Notes: generated from the sequence alone by a model not told the origin. Numbered from the stretch's first letter, positions 31,301-39,294 are shown. The stretch: 64,000 nucleotides of DNA from Desulfatiglandales bacterium (GCA_963662465.1 OY759599.1:5376001-5440000); one strand, 5' to 3'. Translations and numbers: made by a program.

Positions 31301-34300
31301 AAAGTGACAGTGGTTGCCGATCCCGACAACGTGACGGCGGACGGCGTCAGTACGAGTGGCATTAAAGCGACTGCGACGGATGCAAACGCTAACCCGGTAT
31401 CGGGTGAAACCCTGACTTTCAGCGTATCTCTTGGTGATCTTTCCTGGATTACAGCTGTAACGGATGCGAACGGCGTAGCAACAGTGATGTACACGGCGCC
31501 TGTAGGCTCAGCCGGCAGCCCGGATACAGTAACGGCAACGTCGACGAACAGCAAAACCGGATCAGATGAAATAACGCTTGTTGACGCCAGTGTTGGCGAT
31601 ATCCAGTTGAGCGCAGGAAAAACTCAGTTGATAGCGAATGGCTCGGCCAGTACAATAATCACGGCAAGGGTCTGGGATTTGAACGGGAATGCGGTTGCGG
31701 ACAACACGCCTGTTACATTTGGTACGACGGCGGGAACCCTGTCAGGAGAAACAACGACCACAAACGGTGTGGCGACGGCGATCCTGACGAGCAGCACGAC
31801 AGCCGGAACGGTTACGGTGACAGGCACTTGTGGAAACTTGAACGATACTGTGAATGTGGAATTCATAGCAGGACCGGTAGCGACAGTGACAGTGGTTGCC
31901 GATCCCGACAACGTGACGGCGGACGGCGTCAGTACGAGTGGCATTAAAGCGACTGCGACGGATGCAAACGCTAACCCGGTATCGGGTGAAACCCTGACTT
32001 TCAGCGTATCTCTTGGTGATCTTTCCTGGATTACAGCTGTAACGGATGCGAACGGCGTAGCAACAGTGATGTACACGGCGCCTGTAGGCTCAGCCGGCAG
32101 CCCGGATACAGTAACGGCAACGTCGACGAACAGCAAAACCGGATCAGATGAAATAACGCTTGTTGACGCCAGTGTTGGCGATATCCAGTTGAGCGCAGGA
32201 AAAACTCAGTTGATAGCGAATGGCTCGGCCAGTACAATAATCACGGCAAGGGTCTGGGATTTGAACGGGAATGCGGTTGCGGACAACACGCCTGTTACAT
32301 TTGGTACGACGGCGGGAACCCTGTCAGGAGAAACAACGACCACAAACGGTGTGGCGACGGCGATCCTGACGAGCAGCACGACAGCCGGAACGGTTACGGT
32401 GACAGGCACTTGTGGAAACTTGAACGATACTGTGAATGTGGAATTCATAGCAGGACCGGTAGCGACAGTGACAGTGGTTGCCGATCCCGACAACGTGACG
32501 GCGGACGGCGTGAGTACGAGTGCCATCAAAGCGACTGCGACGGATGCAAACGCTAACCCGGTATCGGGTGAAACCCTGACTTTCAGCGTATCTCTTGGTG
32601 ATCTTTCCTGGATTACAGCTGTAACGGATGCGAACGGCGTAGCAACAGTGATGTACACGGCGCCTGTAGGCTCAGCCGGCAGCCCGGATACAGTAACGGC
32701 AACGTCGACGAACAGCAAAACCGGATCGGATGAAATAACGCTTGTTGACGCCAGTGTTGGCGATATCCAGTTGAGCGCAGGAAAAACTCAGTTGATAGCG
32801 AATGGCTCGGCCAGTACAATAATCACGGCAAGGGTCTGGGATTTGAACGGGAATGCGGTTGCGGACAACACGCCTGTTACATTTGGTACGACGGCGGGAA
32901 CCCTGTCAGGAGAAACAACGACCACAAACGGTGTGGCGACGGCGATCCTGACGAGCAGCACGACAGCCGGAACGGTTACGGTGACAGGCACTTGTGGAAA
33001 CTTGAACGATACTGTGAATGTGGAATTCATAGCAGGACCGGTAGCGACAGTGACAGTGGTTGCCGATCCCGACAACGTGACGGCGGACGGCGTCAGTACG
33101 AGTGGCATTAAAGCGACTGCGACGGATGCAAACGCTAACCCGGTATCGGGTGAAACCCTGACTTTCAGCGTATCTCTTGGTGATCTTTCCTGGATTACAG
33201 CTGTAACGGATGCGAACGGCGTAGCAACAGTGATGTACACGGCGCCTGTAGGCTCAGCCGGCAGCCCGGATACAGTAACGGCAACGTCGACGAACAGCAA
33301 AACCGGATCGGATGAAATAACGCTTGTTGACGCCAGTGTTGGCGATATCCAGTTGAGCGCAGGAAAAACTCAGTTGATAGCGAATGGCTCGGCCAGTACG
33401 ATAATCACGGCAAGGGTCTGGGATCTAAACGGCAATGCGGTTGCGGACAACACGCCTGTTACATTTGGTACTACGGCAGGAACCCTCTCAGAAGAAACGA
33501 CGACCACAAACGGTGTGGCAACAGCGATCCTGACGAGTAGCACGACTGCCGGAACTGTGACGGTAACAGGCACTTGTGGAAACTTGAACGACACTGTGAA
33601 TGTGGAATTCATTGCGGGACCGGTAGCAACAGTGGCAGTGGTTGCTGATCCCGACAACGTGACAGCGGACGGTGTTAGTACAAGTGCCATCAAGGCGACC
33701 GTGACGGATGCAAACGCTAACCCGGTATCTGGTGAAACCCTGAACTTTAGTGCAGAACTTGGCGATCTTTCCGCCATTACGGCTATCACCAATGCAAACG
33801 GAGTGGCGACGGTGACGTACACTGCGCCTGTAGGCTCAGCCGGCAGCCCGGATACAGTGACGGTTTTGTCGACCAACGCCAAGTCTGGAACGGATACCAT
33901 CACCCTTATTGCGGCGAGCGTAGGATCTGTAACGGTTACGGCCGGATCTTCGAGTCTAGTGGCCGACGGTTCGAGTACAACCATTTTTGCCACGGTGAAA
34001 GACGTAAACGGCAATAATATTGCGGACGGCACGCCGGTTACATTCTCAACCACCGCCGGTACCTTGTCAGGTGGCACTCCCACAACCAACGGTATCGCCA
34101 GGGTGACGCTGACCAGCGGTATAAATCCGGGAACGGCGGTTGTGACAGCCACCGTCGGCGGGCGCTCAGATACGGTATCCGTTGTCTTTGTGGCCGGTCC
34201 GGCCAGTCGGGTCCTGGTGACGGCTGATCCGAGCAATCTTACAGCCGATGGAACCAGTACCAGTCGCATCACGGTGGTGGTGCTGGATGTCAATGACAAC

Positions 34301-37300
34301 CCTGTGACCAATGGCACAACCGTTACTTTTGAGGTGGACTACGGCGCCCTCAGCAGTTTGAACGGCGTCACCACAAACGGCGCCCTTTCCGTTACCTACA
34401 CGGCGCCTTCCGCTAAACCGGCTGGAGACCAGGCCACGGTAACGGCAAGAACCGTCAATGGGGCGAATGGGAATGCGGCCATTCACCTAATCGGCGCTCA
34501 GATCGCGACTATCAGTCTGACCGCCAATCCGGAAAGCCTCCCGGCGGACGGGGCAAGCACTGCGACCATCAGCGCGACGCTGACGGTTGTGGGCGGTGGC
34601 AATCCGCCGGACGGCACCAGCGTCAATTTCTCCATCATTCGCGGCGGCGGCGGCATCACCTCTACCGCCACCAGCGCCAATGGGGTTGCATCGGCCACGC
34701 TGACCAGCGGAGATGTGGCGGGAACCGCCACTATCCAGGCCGAAGCCGGGGGTCGGACCGCTCAGATTGATGTAGATTATACGCCGGGAAGTGTCACCCT
34801 TGCCATCGTGCCCAACGCTCTTTTGGGGACGGGAGAGGAAACAGCCACCGTAACAGTGCAGCTGAAAAATGCTGATGGCACGCCTGCGGAGGACGACCAG
34901 GAGGTTCGATTCAGGCTAAGTGATGAAAGCCTGGGTGATATTCCCGCTTCCGCACTTACTGCGGGTGGGGAGGGCAAAGCCCAGGTAACCTTTGAAGCCG
35001 CGGCAAAGGGGGGTACAGTGACGGTGACCGGCACCTGGACCACGGGCGGAATAGGCGGGGTAGATGTCAGCGGAACGGCCGACATTGTTATCTACCCGCC
35101 GCCGGCCTTTATACAGGTGGCGGACGGCTACCCCAATCCGACCAGCGTCAATGTGAAGGGGACCGGCGGGCAATGCACCTCCCAGATCGTCTTCGAGGTG
35201 AAAGACGCGGCCGGCGAGCTGGTGGCGGACGGCTACCGAATCGACTTCTCTATCCTGAGCGGGCCCAACGGGGGGGAGGAAATTTCGCCCGTGCTGACCA
35301 CCACTTCCGGTGGAAAAGCTGGAACCATTCTGACAAGCGGTTTCAAATCCGGACCCGTCAGCGTGAAGGGAACCTATTTCAATGATACCAATGTAACCAC
35401 CACCACCGGCGATATTGCCATCGTATCCGGCCCGCCTGTCGGTGAGGAACTCGGCATCCATGTCCAATATATCAATGTCTCCGGTCTGTGGAAGATGGGC
35501 CTGCGGAACGGGGTTACGGTCAATGCCGGCGACATCTACGGCAATGCCGTGCCCGATAACACGGCCATATCTTTTAAGACCTACAACACGGGTGGCTTGT
35601 TCGATCCGGGCAGCGACGGGACTTCGGGTGGCTTTGGCAACAGCGATCTGATTTCGGTTGCAAGCCCGAGCCCCTTGCAGGGGTTTGTCTCCATCACGGG
35701 CGAGGCTATCAATGGTGGACGGACCACCCATGTTACCGCCATGGCTGTTGACCCGGTCTCGAGCAACGTGGTCTTTGCGGCCACGGACGGTGGAGGCGTA
35801 TATAAATCCACTGACGCCGGGGTTACCTGGCGCAATGTGAGTTCCTCTTCCACCGTGCCGGGCCAGAACTGGATTGACCCCTATGTCAACGATGTGGCCA
35901 TTGATCCTGAAAACAACAACACGGTCTATGCGGCCACCGGGTATCTGGGCGATGGCCACGTATATCGCAGCCTGGACGGCGGTTCGAGCTGGAACAGCAA
36001 CAATGCGGAAGAGTATAAGGGCGTGTTCAGATCAGATTCCGCGGTGCTTACAGTGATTTGTGATGATGCCGGGAATTATGTCTGGATCGGAACCCAGGGC
36101 AATGGTGTCTACTACACCACCAACGGCGCCACCACACCTAGAATTACCTGGATACAGGCCAATGGACTGGGCAATGGAACAAGCGTAAAGGATCTGGTGA
36201 AGGCGCCCGGAACTCACGGCGCTACGGCCGTGCTCTACGCGGCTACAGCCACCGGTGTTTTCAGGAGTACCGACGGTGGGGCCACTTGGACCGATATCAG
36301 CAGCTTTACCGGCGACAACATCAACACCCTGGCCCTGCATCCCGATTCCGACGGCGCCGCGGATATTATCTATGCCGGAACGAACGATGCGGGTGTTTAT
36401 GTCAGCGCCGACACGGGAACCACGTGGACCCCGTACACCGGCGGCATGGGCAAGGGCCTGAGCGCTTCCACGCCGGTTCCAGGGACCCAGAACACGGGAA
36501 CCGGGGTCATGAGCCGGGTAACGGTGGGCAATAACGCCCTGTCCGAATACTGGACCATCACGTGTAAGACCGCTGTAGCAGGTAAAGGCGTCTTTAGTGT
36601 GGTCGGAACCGTTTCCTCCGGATCACAGCCACAGCCCGATTATGATATCAGCGCGGGGGCCTACACCATTGCGGATGTCATGACGTTCACCATTACCGCG
36701 GGATCCACCGACTTTGTGGTGGGTGACACCTTTACCTTCAGAACCACCCGGGATCCGGGGAGGGAAATCAAGGACCTTCTGGTGGATGAGGGAAATAATC
36801 GGTTGTATGCGGTGACCTATTTCTGGGGCGCCATCGAGCCCCATGCGGTGGGGAACCTTTATACGGTTGAGCTGAATGCGGCAACCCGCCTTCCCAGCGG
36901 AGACTGGGCCGAGGCCGTTGATGGTCTGCCGGCATACGACCCGCCTGATGATACGACACTCTTTGCCCAGCATGCACTGGCCTCAAATGTTCCACCTTAT
37001 ATGAGCGGCGCGGCATCGGCCCTGTATATCGGTGGTGAAGGGATTAACCTTTACAAGGCCACCAGCAACCTGGCTGCCGGTGATCCCCAGTGGCAGCAAA
37101 GCGACAGCGGATTAACCAACCGTATCATGGCGCGCATGCCGGTGCTGTTCTCGGGGGTTTGCACCATGAAAATTGCGGAAACCCCTAACGGTGGCGATTC
37201 CTACACCTATACGGTCTATATTGAGGATGTGAACGGCAATCCGCCCATTGAGGGAACCACTTTTGCGGTGACAACCCATGATGCGGACGGCGCTCTGATC

Positions 37301-37510
37301 CGCCAAGTAATGGATCTGACCTACCCTGATACGCGGACTTACCAGGGAACGTGGCGCGACCCATCTGATGCCTCAACCAACGATCCTTACATCGTTGACA
37401 TCAATTTCACTGGGGATGTGGCCGAGGTGAAATTCTTATTTACACCCACGTGTGAGGATACGGCGCCGGGCTGCTCAGGAAGCAATGAGGAGGTATCTTA
37501 TATTCATTGA
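19325..37510 (+). CDS. Giant (6061 aa) Big_1/invasin-repeat adhesin with C-terminal Asp-box beta-propeller
   Basis: Single uninterrupted ORF after a GGGAGG RBS; signal peptide; dozens of ADG.S.S.I.A...D.NGN.V Big_1 units; YKSTDAGVTW, YRSLDGGSSW, FRSTDGGATW Asp-box repeats near the C-terminus. Confidence 0.9.
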   Translation: MKKLLMTVTLLFGFILFTMPAYVESTGAVDSPEASKMEIESDATRACPNCSGNAPVIRDVIFQTGSTCSCSGTISLTIGPNVTVEPNATVSFRSPQINIKSGTDFKPGSVVTMCWINEPISIDLTAAPTSIPADGSSYSIITGVFRDGNGNLVPKGTSLTFTTTLGAFTTNSAQTYTIKTYDDTGTVAIFLYSGTTAGTATVTATLGGTTEDVPVTIYSRVTAGIVLQADPDVLDADGVSTSTVRASVTDATGSPVTDGTSIAFSMISGKGSLSAASAVTAGGIATVTYTASTTAGTETVKAEASNGVTDTFDITLTGTPGPANFALSTNQTAVKSDNSESAIITATVVDGNNASYPGATVSFSSDGGQLSVSSAVTDDKGQASITLSSGSINRSNRIITITATIANLGSRTIPVQVVGSTLSKITDKTTITDDNTTVAELTVTAKDAGGVAVFNAEIQFSFGLDDTGTATITPVNPVTYPYTDVSGQLKVIVTGVRAGSVTVIAGALGATATQAYTVSAVGTEFGVVIPSSDPFSASIRNPATLATTPNNISIAFVDGNPDTITRSDGNSFTVDGYLAGDTIMVGGSTDNDGVYTVQTVSNTTLTLINTDTLTAEGAGETVTITNGVLVRVRAFDQTQVSFSTTIGAWDDSVSAVAVKAVPASGYVWSVLTADTAGSATIQVYDTGNTTISDGATVVFSAPSADAAKLNLQANTYVLAPSTGDIQNMAVLTATVRSALGQVVGKAPVVFSIKNTTGGGETVSPVVVLTDSSGVAKTTFTSGSLSTGAEGVEITATVLNEGQTVDNTSIDFSDNYPAPCVITRSDGGSFIADGFESGEEIRVFGSEVNDGYYIIASVTVSTLTLHSEERLNQESAGKSITIIAVTGSINMVIGGTAGSVVIGRGSTVYSVDDATYRVPMSVLVADSNGNPVSGALVSLSAWPAQYSSGVWYDRNPNGTVRNYNTYFTRTSLNEDINENTILDPGEDLNGDGELTPRNSAAGDVPTTVTTDANGVATFDLVYLKNSAAWIYNRIKASTKVLGTEITSSVEFRLPYITKEGEAGDLPDSPYPISLVTDTTTPVSVTFPQFGVDTIVNPDEFSPTDPLTAGDSNMVGHTYTFDPTGGTPAKVGDTILDWITAKGSSYDWSSTVNDDMTAYFQVRIAVKYGNAAGSVIVLNVNPSEITADGADTSIITASVTNSQGGAVADGTRVDFSTDLGNLSAAFALTVNGVATVTLTSGTVAGTSTVTANTMDGATDNTTVGFVAGPVSNVSVTATPDTIEADGISTSSIKATAKDVNGNPVADETITFTAVSGTLSPVTAKTDANGLTSVTYTSPNSPPAGGTDTITATSTNGTAGTKDIEIITVPVETVTVKAGTAAIVADGITGTIIRATVKDAEANNIPDGTTVSFTTTAGTLSAATATTVNGVASIMLTSSTIVGSATVTAACGGVLGNTTVTFISGPVGVISLSANPATIPADASSTSNIRAYVADVNGNTVADGVTIRFRVTTGMGTLSSSTATTVNGVATVTFTASAIPGIEVVTADAANGVNDTVNVTLQGAIVGSVNVAAGSDSITADGSSSTWISATVKDTKDNPVPDGTNVSFTTTSGSLSAASATTTNGVATVTLISSVNAGSATVTATVGGVNGKKTVNFVAGPVTGVAVTASPANLTADGTSTSTIQATVIDTNGNTVSGETIRFTAVSGTLSALTAITNTNGVATVTYTAPNAVPVGNTDTITARSSNNTIGTAAITLISTNVGSVSVASGSSWLFADGTSGTLITATVKDINGNNVTDGTLVSFTTSAGTLSPATATTVNGKAHVTLTSARLLGKARVVAVSGGVNATVDVNFIAGSINTLTVLVNPDNLTADGVSTSTIKGIARDSSNNPVEGETLTFTAVRGYLSSVTAITNANGEATVTYTVPDAVPAGGNDTVTATATNGISGADTIALIDAIVGDVQVVVGSDTLIADASSSTLVLATVTDINGNPVADGTTVSFSTTAGSLSGATATLNGMARATLTSAAALGTATVSVTCGGVNDFVTVNFIAGLVSSVKVLANPNNLTADGVSTSTIKATATDANNNPVLGETLTFNVVSGDLSAITAVTNTNGVATVTYTAPGAVPAVGTDTLTASSTNGKSGTETITLIDAVIGKVDVSAGSAGIVADGLSKTLISATVTDINGNAVADGTTVNFTTTAGDLSSGTAATINGVATVTLTSATALGTATVTATSGGVNDTVKVSFIAGPVDAVTVLATPDNLTADGVSISTIKGTAVDANNNPVAGETLTFNVVSGDLSAITVVTNTNGVATVTYTAPGSVPAVGTDTVTASSTNGKSGTETITLIDAVVGKVDVSAGSAGIVADGLSKTLISATVTDINGNAVADGTTVNFTTTAGDLSSGTAATINGVATVTLTSATVLGTATVTATSGGVNDTVKVSFIAGPVDVVTVLAIPDNLTADGVSTSTIKGTAVDANNNPVFGETLTFNVVSGDLSAITVVTNTNGVATVTYTAPGSVPAVGTDTVTVTSTNNKSGTDTITLIDAIVGSVDVSSASKSIIADGSSTTLIFATVKDINDNLVANGTEVNFSTSAGTLLAASAETTNGIVTVSLRSPTIVGTATVIATCGGVSGNTIVTFIHGPVKVITLTANPKILTGDGASTSIIRAMVTDINGNAIDGETISFSVSTGAGTVSAPTAETSGGVATVTYTASDTAGVDTITAESTNGTSETVNITLEPGKNGGVITVTASPETIPADGASTSVIAATLEYTNGTPIVGVPVTFSKTITSKPDDDTYEGTGSKVTTPFHTDGGNLTFTLNHDGASNFIVWLWEQNRGRISLLVNKIGKVEDFETVEALDQGDYFFEVYADGTWTIKIDGNISSIAETELATVITDALGHAAYTYTSSTIKGQYTIYAKSGELSDNVLITQTAGDPAQVEITVPDTTIYANGEEGIEIYAVVTDVNDNLVEDGTSVSFVATLGSIDATANTMNGTATARLTSNTSAVDVTSDVTATVNSHTDTAQVNFYGVSLDEISADPQTINANGTDISTITVQLMDEDGVAISGETIAFSTTSGSLSPGTAQTNQQGTATTQLLAPLAAGTAMVTANYGQIVATVNVTVVAPQVATVAVSARNGTLVADGVSSTRIEALVKDNQNNTVADGTTVNFSTTGGVITEVTTTANGVATAKLTSPVTVGTATVIATCGGVSGNTIVTFIHGPVEVITLTADPDNVTADGVSTSTIKATAKDANANPVSGETLNFIAKLGDLSAITAITNTNGIATVTYTAPVGSAGSPDTVTATSTNSKTGSDEITLVDASVGDIQLSAGKTQLIANGSASTIITARVWDLNGNAVADNTPVTFGTTAGTLSGETTTTNGVATAILTSSTTAGTVTVTGTCGNLNDTVNVEFIAGPVATVTVVADPDNVTADGVSTSGIKATATDANANPVSGETLTFSVSLGDLSWITAVTDANGVATVMYTAPVGSAGSPDTVTATSTNSKTGSDEITLVDASVGDIQLSAGKTQLIANGSASTIITARVWDLNGNAVADNTPVTFGTTAGTLSGETTTTNGVATAILTSSTTAGTVTVTGTCGNLNDTVNVEFIAGPVATVTVVADPDNVTADGVSTSGIKATATDANANPVSGETLTFSVSLGDLSWITAVTDANGVATVMYTAPVGSAGSPDTVTATSTNSKTGSDEITLVDASVGDIQLSAGKTQLIANGSASTIITARVWDLNGNAVADNTPVTFGTTAGTLSGETTTTNGVATAILTSSTTAGTVTVTGTCGNLNDTVNVEFIAGPVATVTVVADPDNVTADGVSTSAIKATATDANANPVSGETLTFSVSLGDLSWITAVTDANGVATVMYTAPVGSAGSPDTVTATSTNSKTGSDEITLVDASVGDIQLSAGKTQLIANGSASTIITARVWDLNGNAVADNTPVTFGTTAGTLSGETTTTNGVATAILTSSTTAGTVTVTGTCGNLNDTVNVEFIAGPVAKVTVVADPDNVTADGVSTSGIKATATDANANPVSGETLTFSVSLGDLSWITAVTDANGVATVMYTAPVGSAGSPDTVTATSTNSKTGSDEITLVDASVGDIQLSAGKTQLIANGSASTIITARVWDLNGNAVADNTPVTFGTTAGTLSGETTTTNGVATAILTSSTTAGTVTVTGTCGNLNDTVNVEFIAGPVATVTVVADPDNVTADGVSTSGIKATATDANANPVSGETLTFSVSLGDLSWITAVTDANGVATVMYTAPVGSAGSPDTVTATSTNSKTGSDEITLVDASVGDIQLSAGKTQLIANGSASTIITARVWDLNGNAVADNTPVTFGTTAGTLSGETTTTNGVATAILTSSTTAGTVTVTGTCGNLNDTVNVEFIAGPVATVTVVADPDNVTADGVSTSAIKATATDANANPVSGETLTFSVSLGDLSWITAVTDANGVATVMYTAPVGSAGSPDTVTATSTNSKTGSDEITLVDASVGDIQLSAGKTQLIANGSASTIITARVWDLNGNAVADNTPVTFGTTAGTLSGETTTTNGVATAILTSSTTAGTVTVTGTCGNLNDTVNVEFIAGPVATVTVVADPDNVTADGVSTSGIKATATDANANPVSGETLTFSVSLGDLSWITAVTDANGVATVMYTAPVGSAGSPDTVTATSTNSKTGSDEITLVDASVGDIQLSAGKTQLIANGSASTIITARVWDLNGNAVADNTPVTFGTTAGTLSEETTTTNGVATAILTSSTTAGTVTVTGTCGNLNDTVNVEFIAGPVATVAVVADPDNVTADGVSTSAIKATVTDANANPVSGETLNFSAELGDLSAITAITNANGVATVTYTAPVGSAGSPDTVTVLSTNAKSGTDTITLIAASVGSVTVTAGSSSLVADGSSTTIFATVKDVNGNNIADGTPVTFSTTAGTLSGGTPTTNGIARVTLTSGINPGTAVVTATVGGRSDTVSVVFVAGPASRVLVTADPSNLTADGTSTSRITVVVLDVNDNPVTNGTTVTFEVDYGALSSLNGVTTNGALSVTYTAPSAKPAGDQATVTARTVNGANGNAAIHLIGAQIATISLTANPESLPADGASTATISATLTVVGGGNPPDGTSVNFSIIRGGGGITSTATSANGVASATLTSGDVAGTATIQAEAGGRTAQIDVDYTPGSVTLAIVPNALLGTGEETATVTVQLKNADGTPAEDDQEVRFRLSDESLGDIPASALTAGGEGKAQVTFEAAAKGGTVTVTGTWTTGGIGGVDVSGTADIVIYPPPAFIQVADGYPNPTSVNVKGTGGQCTSQIVFEVKDAAGELVADGYRIDFSILSGPNGGEEISPVLTTTSGGKAGTILTSGFKSGPVSVKGTYFNDTNVTTTTGDIAIVSGPPVGEELGIHVQYINVSGLWKMGLRNGVTVNAGDIYGNAVPDNTAISFKTYNTGGLFDPGSDGTSGGFGNSDLISVASPSPLQGFVSITGEAINGGRTTHVTAMAVDPVSSNVVFAATDGGGVYKSTDAGVTWRNVSSSSTVPGQNWIDPYVNDVAIDPENNNTVYAATGYLGDGHVYRSLDGGSSWNSNNAEEYKGVFRSDSAVLTVICDDAGNYVWIGTQGNGVYYTTNGATTPRITWIQANGLGNGTSVKDLVKAPGTHGATAVLYAATATGVFRSTDGGATWTDISSFTGDNINTLALHPDSDGAADIIYAGTNDAGVYVSADTGTTWTPYTGGMGKGLSASTPVPGTQNTGTGVMSRVTVGNNALSEYWTITCKTAVAGKGVFSVVGTVSSGSQPQPDYDISAGAYTIADVMTFTITAGSTDFVVGDTFTFRTTRDPGREIKDLLVDEGNNRLYAVTYFWGAIEPHAVGNLYTVELNAATRLPSGDWAEAVDGLPAYDPPDDTTLFAQHALASNVPPYMSGAASALYIGGEGINLYKATSNLAAGDPQWQQSDSGLTNRIMARMPVLFSGVCTMKIAETPNGGDSYTYTVYIEDVNGNPPIEGTTFAVTTHDADGALIRQVMDLTYPDTRTYQGTWRDPSDASTNDPYIVDINFTGDVAEVKFLFTPTCEDTAPGCSGSNEEVSYIH
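25500..26960 (+). repeat. Intragenic 588-bp tandem repeat (~2.5 copies, two Ig domains per unit)
   Basis: (g/a)acaacctgac anchors at 25502, 26090 and 26678, with long identical stretches between them. Confidence 0.85.
28988..33862 (+). repeat. Intragenic 582-bp tandem repeat (~8.4 copies, 194 aa per unit)
   Basis: gccgatcccgacaac recurs at 28988, 29570 ... 33644 (gct in the last copy); antisense ORFs also recur every 582 bp; central copies differ by only a few bases. Confidence 0.97.
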
Positions 37511-37540
37511 GAAGGAATCGAACAACAGGAGATTTTTTCC

Positions 37541-37568
37541 TGGTTCCCACACTCCCGCGTGGGAACCA
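37541..37568. repeat. REP-like hairpin / possible terminator after the giant adhesin
   Basis: tggttcccac-N8-gtgggaacca, a perfect 10-bp inverted repeat. Confidence 0.6.
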
Positions 37569-37699
37569 TAATATTTGTCTTGCGTCTAAATAGGGACGGC
37601 GAATGAGATTCTTGGTTTTTTACGATATTTGTGTAAAATTGCCCACCGATAAAGCAAGGGACGCTGGTAACTTTGTAAACTTGTTTGGGAAAGGGGATG

Positions 37700-38731
37700 C
37701 CTTTTTCCGGACAAGGAATTGCAGAAGGTGTCCAAAAATGCGGTTATCGGTCGCAGATATGCCGACAAACTCGTACAACTGTACCGCAAAGACGATAGCG
37801 ATGAATGGGTGTTGGCGCACGTGGAAGTGCAGGGGCAGAAAAGGAAACTGTTCCCTGAGAGGATGTACACTTATAATTATTGGCTCATCGTGGATTCGCG
37901 TGAGATTTGGCTTCTGAGCCGATTGTAGGTGCGACTTTAGTCGCACATTAAGTACCCTGTGCGACTAAAGTCGCACCTACAGCCCGAACCGAAACAATCT
38001 CAAAGCGCGATTTCACGTTAATCCGCGATGAACCTAATTACCGAACATTTGACCTTTTTCATCGGAAAGTCGCCAGTATCGCGATTCTGGCGGATGAAAA
38101 TCCTTTGTGGCGTCCGGATCATTTCAGTTATGAATTGCGGGGAAGTCGTGCCGGGCTGTGGTTTCCATGCGTGAAGCTTCTTGATTACCGTGAGAAATGG
38201 ACGGAACTGGAGGCATCGACCAATCCCTTTGCCTCGGTTGTGATGGCGCATTTGAAGGCGGTTGAAACCAAGGGAGACAACGAGCAGCGATACCGGTGGA
38301 AGCTGATTCTCATCAAAAGGCTCTACCGCCAGGGATACGCTAAAGCAGATGTGATCAGGCTCTTTGCATTTATAGATTGGGTCATGTCCCTGCCTGCGGA
38401 TATGGAAAAAGGCCTTTGGATGGAAATCCAAAAGTTCGAGGAGGAAACGAAAATGGAATATGTTACCAGCGTGGAAAGAATCGGTATGGAGAAAGGTATG
38501 GAGAAAGGCATAGAGAAAGGCATAGAGAAAGGTATGGAGAAAGGCAGCCTGAATCTTCTGTGCCGTCAAATTGCGAAGCGGTTTAAAACCGGTTACGAAT
38601 CGCTACCTCCGATCTTCACGGGTTTGCGTGCGGAAGATATCGAAGATCTTGGCGAGCGTTTTCTGGATGCCGAGAGCGTGGATGAGATTCGTCGATGGGC
38701 GGAAGAGAAACGCAGGGCGAGGATGCAGTAG
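37700..38731 (+). pseudogene. Rpn/YadD-type PD-(D/E)XK nuclease gene, 5'-truncated and split by a MITE
   Basis: DKELQKV...RRYADKLV...WVLAHVEVQ...ERMYTYNY [insertion] YRTFDLFHRKVASIAILAD...WRP...NPFASVVMAHL...FIDWVMSLP...YVTSVERIG(MEKG)n. Confidence 0.82.
37882..38034. mobile_element. 153-bp MITE, copy 1, with an internal GTAG-REP doublet
   Basis: Ends ggctcatcgtggattcgcgtga / tcacgttaatccgcgatgaacc; flanks taattatt / taattacc; nearly identical to 42258-42412; interrupts a reading frame. Confidence 0.88.
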
Positions 38732-38987
38732 AGCAGGGACTCAGATCATGAACATCTGGGTAATGGGTTGGGGTTGCCCCAAGCTAGATGTGGGTCGGGG
38801 TAGGACCAAGATAGATGGCTGAAATGCTTTAATATTGGCACTTAAACCGTCATTTTCCAGGGCTTAGAACCCCATTTTTGAAAGCAAAATGGGGCACCTA
38901 AGAAAATCGCTGACCGTTCACTGTTTACAGTAAATCCGCGTTTAACCGCGTCCCAATTCCTTTCGGCTCATCGCGGATTAACGTGAA

Positions 38988-39205
38988 AATCGATCTGGCG
39001 TCATTCGGGTGAACGGGGTAAGCGATGATATCCGGGATCGGCACGACGAATTGTCTGGCGGTGTGAAGTGGGGCCGAGAGTGGGGTACATCCTGATCGAG
39101 TTTCAGAAATCGATAGATACATGCCACTGCGTGTCCTGGTGTATGTCGGGCTTTTATATCAGGACCTGATTCGGGAAAAGAAACTGGGACCTTCGGGCAA
39201 AATGT
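38988..39205 (+). pseudogene. Frameshifted fragment of an Rpn/YhgA-like (transposase_31) gene
   Basis: Across frames reads approximately SDDIRDR...YILIEFQ...MPLRVLVYVGLLYQDLIR, typical of Rpn proteins. Confidence 0.65.
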
Positions 39206-39294
39206 TTCGCCACCAGGAAAAACCTCGGTGCATTCGTCATAAAGAATCGTATGTATTCGGAACCCGACGATCCCATGGTTATTTTTCTCCACGC

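Noticed and set aside
19510..35959. Many minus-strand ORFs, recurring every 582 bp within the repeat array
   Set aside because: Antisense shadows of the Thr/Val/Ala-rich adhesin; no independent motifs.
38746..38960. Possible additional IS end fragments (gggcacctaagaaaatc...)
   Set aside because: No partner inverted repeat or TSD found by eye.
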